DNA of 64,000 nt, from positions 2,285-66,284 of the forward strand of contig JAGBHO010000047.1 of the NCBI GenBank assembly GCA_017935485.1, given 5' to 3'. The notes below the pieces were generated by a model. The model ran no database searches. It was not told the origin of the DNA and worked only from the letters and a program-made list of their open reading frames with translations. Shown one piece after another: positions 21,246-30,308 of this stretch. The first letter of the stretch is position 1; every line of letters starts with the position of its first letter. This DNA comes from Alphaproteobacteria bacterium. GTDB taxonomy: Bacteria > Pseudomonadota > Alphaproteobacteria > RF32 > CAG-239. The translations under genes were made by a program, and so were the position numbers.

Positions 21246-21530
21246 TTAATCAGGCGAGCTGAACAGGATGACCACAACGGGTATAATGCTGTTGTGAGAG
21301 ATGATACTGTTCAGCCATTCTGTTTTTTCTGATGCTTGTTTTTGAGACGGTGAAGGTCCGGTCGTTGCAAAGTTCGGATGCGGAACAGGCGCGGAATTGG
21401 CCGAATCTCCAGCAATACAATAATAGTATCTGGGCGAAAGCGGCGTGCAGGCCTGATGGTAAGATGAGCAAGAACAGCAAACAACTCCCAAAACAAGTAT
21501 CAGTGCAATCAATAATTTTTGCGTTTTCAT
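21246..21530 (-). CDS. Small Cys-rich secreted/lipoprotein candidate
   Basis: 94 aa with signal peptide; TTGACA-17-CTATAT promoter overlapping the palindrome TTGACAGGTGATTGTCAA. Confidence 0.3.
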   Translation of the reverse strand: MKTQKLLIALILVLGVVCCSCSSYHQACTPLSPRYYYCIAGDSANSAPVPHPNFATTGPSPSQKQASEKTEWLNSIISHNSIIPVVVILFSSPD

Positions 21531-21697
21531 AAATAATATATTTTATAATTTGTTTCTGTAAAAAATATAGAGTTTTTGACAGGTGATTGTCAACCGGGAT
21601 TGTTATTTGCAAACAGCAAAAGGGAATTTGTGAATAAAAAAATAAAAAAGGTATTGACGGAGCAGAAAAGATATTATACATATAAAACCGAACTTGC

Positions 21698-21784
21698 GGA
21701 GAGTTGGCAGAGTGGTAATGCAGCAGATTGCTAATCTGTCATCCCGATTGGGATGCATAGGTTCGAGTCCTATACTCTCCGCCA
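21698..21784 (+). tRNA. tRNA-Ser (anticodon GCU), long variable arm, encoded CCA
   Basis: Cloverleaf by inspection: acceptor GGAGAGT/ACTCTCC, anticodon loop UUGCUAA, extra arm, T-arm GGTTCGAGTCC. Followed by a rho-independent terminator (21786-21818). Confidence 0.85.
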
Positions 21785-21848
21785 TTAAAAAACCGTCCTT
21801 TGGGGCGGCTTTTTTTTATGCGGAGAGCCGTTTTACGGAAAATCGTAT
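21768..21848 (+). repeat. Direct repeat copy A: last 14 nt of tRNA-Ser plus its terminator plus ~30 bp
   Basis: About 80 bp, ~95 percent identical to copy B 216 bp downstream. Confidence 0.85.
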
Positions 21849-21983
21849 TTTCCATAAAACGCATAGGACTATTCCTCAGGAACGTAAGCGCGCAGCGGTT
21901 GCTTGGGCTTCCCTTGCTTGCCAACGTTTTCTGAGACGTTGCAGATAAAAACAGCCATTACTTTGGCTGTTTTTACTTAGCCG

Positions 21984-22064
21984 TTCTATACCCTCCGCCA
22001 TTAAAAAACCGTCCTTTGGGGCGGCTTTTTTTTATACGAAGAGCCGTTTTATGGAAAATGTTGA
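21984..22064 (+). repeat. Direct repeat copy B: att-like duplication of the tRNA-Ser 3-prime end and terminator
   Basis: CTATACCCTCCGCCATTAAAAAACCGTCCTTTGGGGCGGCTTTTTTTTAT...; sits at the boundary of the AT-rich cas island. Confidence 0.85.
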
Positions 22065-22076
22065 AAACAGGAAGTT

Positions 22077-23381
22077 TTACCTTGTCTGCAGGTTTTTCAA
22101 ATGTTGCAATTGCAATGTTGACGGGGCATTGTCAAAGTTACTGTGCGTAATGCTGTTATTATCCGGCTTGATACCCTGGCCGTGCCGACCGGCCTTTTTT
22201 ACCAGTCTGTCAATGTATTTTTCGTCTTCCGTGCCGCCGTTTAATAGGTTTTGTATTGCCTTGTTTTCTTCGGAATTCGGACGGATAAGCCGGTACATGG
22301 TGAAAGCATGGGCGTATTGTTTTATGCTGTTTTCACTATCCGGCGAGATTTTTCCGTCTTTTGCCAAACCGGCAATCTGATTGTACAGTTTTTGCACTTT
22401 GTCAGCCGATTTCAAATGAATTTGCAATGCGGTATCGTAATAATCCCCGGTAATAACGGTTTCTGCAGCTTTAGCGAAGTCTGCCGTTTTTTTCTGATTT
22501 GCCGACGTCTGCCGTACAGGCGTTATTTGGGTTTCTTTGGCCGGTTTAACGGGTGGTGTATAGGTATAATTGATTTCTTTCATAATGTTTTTGCCCAGAA
22601 AGAACGAAACAGCAACCGTTGCTCCCAGTAATACAAAGTTTTTTATTTTGCGGCTCTGTCTGTGCAGGCGATATTTGAAAATTTCAGTTTTATCCTGAAG
22701 TTTGTTTTTCAGGTCTTTGAATTTTAAGGTTAAAATTTTTGTAAAGTCTGCTTTCTTTTCGGCGGGAGCGGGTGTTTTTATCGGCAGCGGGTTTGTGCGG
22801 GATTTTTGAGCGGTTTTAACATGCTGCAGATTGTAATTGTTGACAAGTTTTTGATGCTCCGGATTCTGTCCGTTAAATTGTCTGTTGTTTTTTAACAAAG
22901 AAAGGCAGAGCAGGGCATAGCTGTCTGCTTTTTGGCGCAGCTTTTTATCGCCAGGATTTTTCTTTAGGGTTTCATTTATGATATTGAGCTCTGCCGCGCT
23001 TAATTGTCGGGCAGTTTTTTTGCTGTTCAAGATGTCTGTAACAATTTTAATTTTTTTCAGAGTTTCCAACCGTTGAATGGTTTGAGTCATTAACGCTTTT
23101 TTGCGTTCCAGACGATGCAATGCCTTTTGCATTTGCAGGGATGTCAGGCGATTGGCGTGATATTTTAAGGTATAAATCAGGTCTTCAATGTCTTTGAAAG
23201 CCTTGGGTTCGGTTTCAATCCGGTCGTTCAGGTAGTCGTCTATCATTCGGATGCTTTGATCATAAATAGCCTGATCGCAGCTGCTGAAGTAGCTGTTTGT
23301 TTTTCTTGAATGCCCGACAGATGCCTGACTGGCAATACACAGTTTGATTTGGTCGCGTGACACATATGTTTTTGCGGGCAT
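22077..23381 (-). CDS. Hypothetical bitopic membrane protein (cytoplasmic coiled-coil N-domain, one TM, periplasmic C-domain)
   Basis: 434 aa; the only long ORF here; no recognisable catalytic motif. Confidence 0.45.
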   Translation of the reverse strand: MPAKTYVSRDQIKLCIASQASVGHSRKTNSYFSSCDQAIYDQSIRMIDDYLNDRIETEPKAFKDIEDLIYTLKYHANRLTSLQMQKALHRLERKKALMTQTIQRLETLKKIKIVTDILNSKKTARQLSAAELNIINETLKKNPGDKKLRQKADSYALLCLSLLKNNRQFNGQNPEHQKLVNNYNLQHVKTAQKSRTNPLPIKTPAPAEKKADFTKILTLKFKDLKNKLQDKTEIFKYRLHRQSRKIKNFVLLGATVAVSFFLGKNIMKEINYTYTPPVKPAKETQITPVRQTSANQKKTADFAKAAETVITGDYYDTALQIHLKSADKVQKLYNQIAGLAKDGKISPDSENSIKQYAHAFTMYRLIRPNSEENKAIQNLLNGGTEDEKYIDRLVKKAGRHGQGIKPDNNSITHSNFDNAPSTLQLQHLKNLQTR

Positions 23382-23589
23382 TTAAGCCTCCGGAAATTGT
23401 AAAAAATGTGGGAATATGACTAAATATATCATTTTGTTAAATTTTGTCAATATATATTTTTTATGTTTTCGGGAATAAACGACAGGAAAGGTTTGACGGA
23501 CGGTATCATTGCGGAGATAATGAAAACGGAGAGGGAAACGGGGGAAAATAACCCGAGTTTTTGGAGGGAGTGAAAGGCGGCAGGACATT

Positions 23590-23976
23590 ATGAGAGTGTT
23601 GACAATCTGGCACTTGTATGCACAGGCTTTGGCTGACGGGATCAAAATATATGAAACCCGCACATGGAAGACAAAATATCGGGGGCCGGTGGCGATTCAT
23701 ACTTCTGCGCGTCCGATGTCGGCGGAGGACAGGGCTCTGGCGCAGGAATTCGGCGTGGAAGGCATAAAAAGGGGGTATATCGCGGCCATAGCCGATTTAA
23801 CGGAATGCATTTTAATGGATGAAGCGTTTATTGCCGCGCAGACAGAACAGGAGCACCGGCTCGGCTGCTGGAAAAAAGGAAATTATGCATGGAAGTTTGA
23901 AAATTTCAGAAAGCCGGAACGAGACATTTATCTTTCCGGCCGTCAGGGATTATGGACAGTCGATTGGGATTTGTGA
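23590..23976 (+). CDS. ASCH-domain protein (PUA-like fold)
   Basis: 128 aa; ASCH-like pattern with conserved Lys/Trp (IKIYETRTWKT...GCWKKGNYAWKF). Confidence 0.5.
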   Translation: MRVLTIWHLYAQALADGIKIYETRTWKTKYRGPVAIHTSARPMSAEDRALAQEFGVEGIKRGYIAAIADLTECILMDEAFIAAQTEQEHRLGCWKKGNYAWKFENFRKPERDIYLSGRQGLWTVDWDL

Positions 23977-24026
23977 TGAGATTTTGTTAGAGATTCCAAA
24001 ATGTTATAACCATTGGAGGAGAAAGA

Positions 24027-24944
24027 ATGGATAGACAAATCATTGAAATAATGAATGACGGTTTTAGTTTGTCTTTGTACAGAGGCTTTCTTGTGGTTGA
24101 AAATAAGGAAAGAAAATTGAAGCAGGAAGTACCGTTAGACAATATTTTGGCATTGGTTTTGTCAGCTAATAATATTATGATTTCTAAAAATATTATTGAT
24201 GCGATTTGTGAACAAGGCGGATGTATTATTTTTTGCGGAAAGACTTATCTTCCTTCAGCAATTACTCTGCCTTATACAGGTCATTGGCTGATAGCCCCCA
24301 GAGTGAAGCAGCAGATTGATTGTTCGAAACCTTTACAAAAAAATTTATGGAAGAGTATTGTTCAAAATAAGATTTTTAATCAGGCTAAAATTTTAGAATT
24401 CTTTTTTCCGGAACATTCTAATATTGCTCGTTTAAAACAGTTGGCTAAAGAAACTTTAAGTGATGATGTCCGAAATAATGAAGGGGTGGCCGCTTCTTTA
24501 TATTTTAAGTCTTTGTTTGGAAAAAAATTTGTCAGAGAACGTTTGAATGATGATGTGAATATTTTATTGAATTATACTTATACTGTTTTAAGAGCTATGG
24601 TTGCACGTGCTGTTGCTGGAAATGGGTTGTTACCTTATTTGGGACTCAAGCATTGTACAAAATCTAATCCGATGCCTCTGGTTGATGATTTAATTGAACC
24701 GTTTCGGGCTATGGCTGATAAAATTGTTTTTGAGGAAATTAACAAAATAATTAATATTGAGCATATTGATCTAACTCCGGAAATTAAAAGAAATTTGGCA
24801 AGAATTATCTCGGTTCCTGTTGTAACAGAAAAGGGATGTGTTTCTTTAACAGATGGAGTTTATGATTTTGTAGGGAGTTTGGTTGATAGTTTTGAGGTTA
24901 AAAAAGTGTTATTGAAATATCCTGAAATCTTGGTGGACAAGTAA
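24027..24944 (+). CDS. cas1: CRISPR-associated endonuclease Cas1, type II
   Basis: 305 aa with GGAGGAG SD; strong block similarity to type II Cas1 (GLKHCTKSN...IEPFRAMADKIVFEE versus Spy FGLKHANQFN...MEPFRPLVDKIVYEN). Confidence 0.9.
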   Translation: MDRQIIEIMNDGFSLSLYRGFLVVENKERKLKQEVPLDNILALVLSANNIMISKNIIDAICEQGGCIIFCGKTYLPSAITLPYTGHWLIAPRVKQQIDCSKPLQKNLWKSIVQNKIFNQAKILEFFFPEHSNIARLKQLAKETLSDDVRNNEGVAASLYFKSLFGKKFVRERLNDDVNILLNYTYTVLRAMVARAVAGNGLLPYLGLKHCTKSNPMPLVDDLIEPFRAMADKIVFEEINKIINIEHIDLTPEIKRNLARIISVPVVTEKGCVSLTDGVYDFVGSLVDSFEVKKVLLKYPEILVDK

Positions 24945-25002
24945 GATGAAGAGGTGTTAATCCGAGATATGTTATTATTATATTCGAGCAGAATGCGCCG
25001 CA

Positions 25003-26226
25003 GTTATAGTTGACTGTCTAATTAATCTCTGATATGCTTTACGAAGAAATTGAAAATGCCATGTTCCAGTTATAGTTGACCGTCTAATTAATCTCTGATA
25101 TGCTCCTCACTATCATATGATAATCATGAACTGGGTTATAGTTGACCGTCTAATTAATCTCTGATATGCTGAAATGCGAAACTTCCCGCGTACAGCAACT
25201 GTTATAGTTGACCGTCTAATTAATCTCTGATATGCTCGATGAAAAAATCGAATTTGAAAAAATCGAGTTATAGTTGACCGTCTAATTAATCTCTGATATG
25301 CTATGTTCTGCTTGCTGCCGATGAAGCGGTCAGTTATAGTTGACCGTCTAATTAATCTCTGATATGCTTGATTGCTTTGGCCGCTTTCTTCTTTATTTGT
25401 TATAGTTGACCGTCTAATTAATCTCTGATATGCTTTTTCCAAAGGATTCGGCTGTGCCTGCTGTGTTATAGTTGACCGTCTAATTAATCTCTGATATGCT
25501 ATTGGCGTTTTGGGAAGATGTGAAGAAAGTGTTATAGTTGACCGTCTAATTAATCTCTGATATGCTGTTCGAGAAATTCTTAAAAAGGCATATCCTGTTA
25601 TAGTTGACCGTCTAATTAATCTCTGATATGCTCGGTTGTCGCCTTTGGGGCTTCTTCCGCTTGTTATAGTTGACCGTCTAATTAATCTCTGATATGCTAA
25701 AACTATACATTACATGAAATACCCTTATGTTATAGTTGACCGTCTAATTAATCTCTGATATGCTTGCCTCGATGATGAAAGCCTTGGCTATTGTGTTATA
25801 GTTGACCGTCTAATTAATCTCTGATATGCTATTTCTTTTTTGTGGGTAGGTACATCATTTGTTATAGTTGACCGTCTAATTAATCTCTGATATGCTTCAC
25901 CAGTCTGGCTCAACACAGGCCACATAGTTATAGTTGACCGTCTAATTAATCTCTGATATGCTTAAGGAAATGATGTGTCATAATCAGGTTGTGTTATAGT
26001 TGACCGTCTAATTAATCTCTGATATGCTCTTTCATATTACGACTAATACGATGACGATGTTATAGTTGACCGTCTAATTAATCTCTGATATGCTGTTGGT
26101 GGTTCTAAAGGTGCTTCTGCTGTTGTTATAGTTGACCGTCTAATTAATCTCTGATATGCTCCCGCAATTCTTGGTATAAGTCCGCCTTGTGTTATAGTTG
26201 ACCGTCTAATTAATCTCTGATATGCT
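25003..26226 (+). CRISPR. CRISPR array: 19 x 36-bp repeats GTTATAGTTGACCGTCTAATTAATCTCTGATATGCT, 18 spacers of exactly 30 bp; cas1-proximal repeat degenerate (C13T)
   Basis: Perfect 66-bp periodicity. Plus-strand transcription inferred from tracr anti-repeat complementarity and a plus-strand terminator after the array. Confidence 0.97.
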
Positions 26227-26237
26227 ATATAATAGTT

Positions 26238-26276
26238 TAACGCCTTGAAATATATTTATTTTAAGGCGTTTTTATA
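26238..26276 (+). terminator. Hairpin AACGCCTT-N-AAGGCGTT followed by TTTTAT; likely terminates array transcripts
   Basis: Inverted repeat with 3-prime T-run on the plus strand only. Confidence 0.55.
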
Positions 26277-26300
26277 AAATAAAAATATAAAAAAATTTTA

Positions 26301-26663
26301 TTAAAAAAGCAGAAGTTGGCCGTTTTTTTCACGAATCTCTTCTTCATTTTCTTCATAATTGTCACCAAGATAGTTTTCTGTCATCAAATATTGTTTATCT
26401 GTTATATAAATGAAGGAGACAGAAGAGTTATCTGGAATAAATTTTGATAATTTTTTTGTAGTCGTCTGACCGACGGCCAGACTTTTGACAGGTTTGATGT
26501 ATACGGAAAATTGTTTCATAACAAAACCATTATCGAGTAGAATATTACGAAAGCGGGTTGCTTTGCGCATTTCTGTTCTGGTTCTGACCGGAATATCAAA
26601 CATGCATATTATCCACATCATAGACCATCCGGTTAAGGTTTCAGGCCGCTGTCTTCTTGCCAT
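26301..26663 (-). CDS. cas2: CRISPR-associated endoribonuclease Cas2, type II
   Basis: 120-aa ORF (probable start MMW...); MFDIP...FRNILLDNGFVMKQFSVY matches the type II Cas2 N-terminus. Overlaps the cas9 stop. Confidence 0.85.
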   Translation of the reverse strand: MARRQRPETLTGWSMMWIICMFDIPVRTRTEMRKATRFRNILLDNGFVMKQFSVYIKPVKSLAVGQTTTKKLSKFIPDNSSVSFIYITDKQYLMTENYLGDNYEENEEEIREKNGQLLLF

Positions 26664-29600
26664 TCCATAGTACCTTATGTTTTTTCTTTATTTTGCCAAA
26701 AGGTGTCAGTTCAATTTTTCGGGCTTTGTGAGAGGTATAATATGATAGACCTTTTCTTAATGTATTAACAAAAGTATATTTTAATGATTTATCTTTAGGA
26801 GAGGTCATTCTGGCATCTGTTATATAATCGATGTTGAACTCTCCTTCACTAAATTTTTTTACTTTGGCGAAGCATCTTTCTTTATCAGTGTAGTTTTTCC
26901 ATTCATCTGGTGTATCCAGTTCCAAAATGTCGCCTTGTTGAATTGACCAGATAATTTTTCCACCGTCTTTTTTCCATTGCGGCATAAAATCTGTTTGGTT
27001 GGCATCAAAGCGTTTGATAACTTCCCAGCCGACTTTTCCGTCTTTTTGATAAAAGTCTACACAATGGTTATTTTGGGCTTCATAAGCAACTCCATGTTTG
27101 GGAATATTAATCATAGATGAACTGTTTGTATAACATTTGAATTTATCGCCTTTCCATAGTCCTTTGTCTTGAACAATATAAAAAGCCTTTGTTAAAATCC
27201 GGCTTTCGGTAATTTTGATTTCTTTTTTGCCTTCAGCAACGGCTTTTTCATTTTCTGCAATTAGGATTTGTTCTGCCGTATTCATATAAAGTTCAATGTC
27301 TTGAACGAGTTTGGCCTGTTTTATTTTATTTTCAATAATTTCAGGGTGCCATTCATTTTTTATAGTTTCCGGGATGAGCAGTTTATTTAAGTCTTTAGCA
27401 GTCTTGACAACTTGTAAAATTTTTCTGGAATATACCGTGATTAAAGAATTTTTGTCGTCAGGATTTGAGCACAAAACTGTTCTGCCGGTTTCCTTATGAA
27501 ATTGTCCGGCTTTGCTGTGATCCGGTTTATGAGAAACATTGATTTTTTTCAGGCAGCTAATTACTTTTCTTCTGAAATCTGCAGTAGATTCAACAGAGAG
27601 TAAGGGCAGGGGATAATAAATTTTGTTAAGGTCTGTTTCCTCAGCCATTTTTTGAATGAGGCTGCGATTGGCACAAGCTACGGTGATTGCATCCATCGCA
27701 TGATGGCGGTGATCAATTCGGGGTTTGGCCATCCATTCTTTATTTTTTATCTTATCAAAAATTTCTCCGGTATGAGGATTGACTCTTTCTTCGGCTAATT
27801 TGAAATAGCGCGGAATATCCAATCCTATTAAGTCATATTCAAGTCCCAGTAAATTCCAATGTTGGCGTAATTTTGCCGTTTGAGCCCCTCTTACGGCAAG
27901 AATTCTGTTTTGCATGACTTCATCACAATCTGAACAATCGACAATTGCCCTTAAATATCTTTGGGCCATTTTTGATACGTAGCGCGTGTCTGTCAAATAG
28001 CGTGTTGATTCTTCTTTGTCGCCGCCATCTTCATATTTTTCTCTGGTATCAGCTTCAAAACGCCAGGCTTTGTTTTTTAATCTGTCGCGGGCATTTTTTA
28101 GGATTTCCCGAATCATTTCCGGTGTTTTTTGAGAATCTTGTGATTCAAAATATTCATAGGCATATCGATCACCTTTAGTCAGATTGTCATTACGGTTGAC
28201 CAGACAAAGGTTGTTATAGGCATCGGTTCCGCCTTTAGCTTGCGGAATAATATGTTCAATTTCCATTCCGCCAAAGGTTGAAGAAATATTTTGGGTCGGA
28301 TTATAGGCGTCTTTCCAGCCTTGTTCTTTGGCCAATTTATATTTCAGAATATTTTTGTATGTAATCGGAAGGTTGTGTTCCTTAAGGTGCTTTTTCGCTT
28401 CTTCGTTTAGTTTTTCATTTCTTTTTTGTTCTTGTTCAAATTCGTTTTTCTTTTTGACAGACATGCCGACATCGCGGCCGACTTCTATATTTATTTCATA
28501 GGGTTTTCCATAAATTTTGATGATCTCGTTAACGACAAGACGGATTTGGTTAAGAATCATGTGAACTGCCGGATTGGCAATCTTACCGTATTTTACTTCA
28601 TCTTGATTTAGATTTTTATTATTGGCAATGGTCAAAGGAGGTAACGGTTGAGTATCTGTTTGCAATATTTTACCGTAATACGGGAGTTCAAAACAGTGTC
28701 CTTGGTTTTGTCTTGCAATTTCCTCTTCTGCCATAAATCTGGAATCATTTTTTGATAGTTCATCCGTAATTTCTCTATGGGAGCAGATGTTTTGTTTTAA
28801 TTTTTCCAGGATAATTTGGGTTGCCGATAAACCTATCATTCCTCGGCCTTTAGGCAATTTTGTCAGTAAATTTCCTATTTCTTTATCATCATTAATTTTT
28901 AGTAATGGTTTTATATGCTCAATCAATGCATCTTCATTGTAAAGACGGCCCTTAGAATCGTTTGAATCTTTAGGTTCTGCCAGAAATTCTATAAAAGATG
29001 AAAGTTCTTGGAATGTTAATTTTTGAATATATTCATTTTTTGCGAATTCAGGACGGGAATAGAGATAGGCTTTGATAATCTTATCATCTGCTAAAGATAT
29101 TTTTTGTTGAGCAGAGAGGTTTAGAATTTTTTTTATGGACTGTTTTCCAGCATTTTGGCCTTTTAATAACAGCTCATTAATAATTGTATCTCGTTCTTGA
29201 AGAGTTAATTTTCTTTTTCCCATATCGCTTATAATGCGGATGTTATTGGTTTCTTCATATATTCTCCGTATTTCTGACAAGGGATGTGCTTTTAACAGAC
29301 GGTCTTCTTCTCTGAAATAAATACATTTTCCGACAGCGTAAGGAGCGGTCGGACGTTCATAGAACAGGATATTATAAATTTCTCGTTTAAGACCGTCTTT
29401 GTTCATTTGAGGGAAATATTGCGCCTGCATATCCCAGATTTTATTAAATTCATCTTTTACTAAATAGCGGGGGATGGCATAATCAACAATATTTTTCTCC
29501 AGTGCATATTTTTTTTGACGGATGATTCTGTTATGTGGGTTTTCTTTGTCCTGAAGCCGTTTGTAAAAGAACTCACCAATGGTTTGCGAGTTGGTATTTT

Positions 29601-30072
29601 TTAAATATAGCGGCAATTTTTCGTAGGAAGATGTTTTAACTTTTGATTGCTCTTCTTCCTGACTTTCATTTAAGGTTTCTTCGACGGCCGAAACAAATCC
29701 TGCTCCGCGATGTTTGGCCAAATGAAGAATGGCTCGTCCGATATAGTTAGCATTATCAAGTTTTTGTTTTATTGCGTCATAGCGTATTTTATAGGGAGAT
29801 TTTGATTTGAGTTTATCCGTTCCTTCGGGAGAATTGTCGACCCAAAGATTATTGGCATAGAGTTTTTGTGCTAACAGTTCTAACCGTTTTCGCGTTCTGA
29901 TTAAATTTTTACGGGCTGTTCTTTTTAGTCGTCTTTCTTCAGCCCCTTCGGAAACTTCAAAAATTCTAACACCTGCATCAATGATATCTTGTGCATTATT
30001 GTTACCATCCAGTTGTATGATTGCACTTCCGATTGAACTTACCCCTAAATCAAGGCCGAGACGATATTTCAT
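26641..30072 (-). CDS. cas9: Cas9, 1143 aa (type II-C size class)
   Basis: RuvC-I GLDLGVSSIGSAII at the N-terminus, HNH (IEHIIPQAKGGTDAYNNLCLVNRNDN), RuvC-III HHAMDAITVA. AGGGGG SD; markedly AT-rich relative to flanks. Confidence 0.95.
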   Translation of the reverse strand: MKYRLGLDLGVSSIGSAIIQLDGNNNAQDIIDAGVRIFEVSEGAEERRLKRTARKNLIRTRKRLELLAQKLYANNLWVDNSPEGTDKLKSKSPYKIRYDAIKQKLDNANYIGRAILHLAKHRGAGFVSAVEETLNESQEEEQSKVKTSSYEKLPLYLKNTNSQTIGEFFYKRLQDKENPHNRIIRQKKYALEKNIVDYAIPRYLVKDEFNKIWDMQAQYFPQMNKDGLKREIYNILFYERPTAPYAVGKCIYFREEDRLLKAHPLSEIRRIYEETNNIRIISDMGKRKLTLQERDTIINELLLKGQNAGKQSIKKILNLSAQQKISLADDKIIKAYLYSRPEFAKNEYIQKLTFQELSSFIEFLAEPKDSNDSKGRLYNEDALIEHIKPLLKINDDKEIGNLLTKLPKGRGMIGLSATQIILEKLKQNICSHREITDELSKNDSRFMAEEEIARQNQGHCFELPYYGKILQTDTQPLPPLTIANNKNLNQDEVKYGKIANPAVHMILNQIRLVVNEIIKIYGKPYEINIEVGRDVGMSVKKKNEFEQEQKRNEKLNEEAKKHLKEHNLPITYKNILKYKLAKEQGWKDAYNPTQNISSTFGGMEIEHIIPQAKGGTDAYNNLCLVNRNDNLTKGDRYAYEYFESQDSQKTPEMIREILKNARDRLKNKAWRFEADTREKYEDGGDKEESTRYLTDTRYVSKMAQRYLRAIVDCSDCDEVMQNRILAVRGAQTAKLRQHWNLLGLEYDLIGLDIPRYFKLAEERVNPHTGEIFDKIKNKEWMAKPRIDHRHHAMDAITVACANRSLIQKMAEETDLNKIYYPLPLLSVESTADFRRKVISCLKKINVSHKPDHSKAGQFHKETGRTVLCSNPDDKNSLITVYSRKILQVVKTAKDLNKLLIPETIKNEWHPEIIENKIKQAKLVQDIELYMNTAEQILIAENEKAVAEGKKEIKITESRILTKAFYIVQDKGLWKGDKFKCYTNSSSMINIPKHGVAYEAQNNHCVDFYQKDGKVGWEVIKRFDANQTDFMPQWKKDGGKIIWSIQQGDILELDTPDEWKNYTDKERCFAKVKKFSEGEFNIDYITDARMTSPKDKSLKYTFVNTLRKGLSYYTSHKARKIELTPFGKIKKKHKVLWNGKKTAA

Positions 30073-30155
30073 GTTTTACCCCCTTTAATTGTGTTTATGT
30101 TCAGGGTATAATATTTTTGTTGACTTTTCAATCGAATTATTGTAATAATTAATCA

Positions 30156-30262
30156 TTGTGTGTGATGGTTTTTTTCAGAGATTAATTAGACGGCCAACAC
30201 ATATATAATAAAGCTGAAAATGCTGTAAAATGAGGGAGGGATTTTATTCCTCCCATTATTTT
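30156..30262 (+). ncRNA. Predicted tracrRNA, divergent from cas9
   Basis: TTGACT-17-TAATAA promoter (30120-30148). Anti-repeat CAGAGATTAATTAGACGGCCAAC (30176-30198) complementary to repeat nt 1-23 with one mismatch. Terminator GGGAGGG-ATTTTATT-CCTCCC plus U-run (30234-30262). Confidence 0.6.
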
Positions 30263-30308
30263 GTCGGACGGCGATGATGGCAGCTGCAATTCTCTGTCAG
30301 GGCGGTGA

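Noticed and set aside
21694-21948. 84-aa ORF overlapping tRNA-Ser
   Set aside because: Overlaps a clear tRNA gene and its terminator; no coding signal.
25113-25442. 109-aa minus-strand ORF with reiterated AYQRLIRRSTIT peptide
   Set aside because: It is the CRISPR array read in frame; the periodic peptide comes from the 36-bp repeat.
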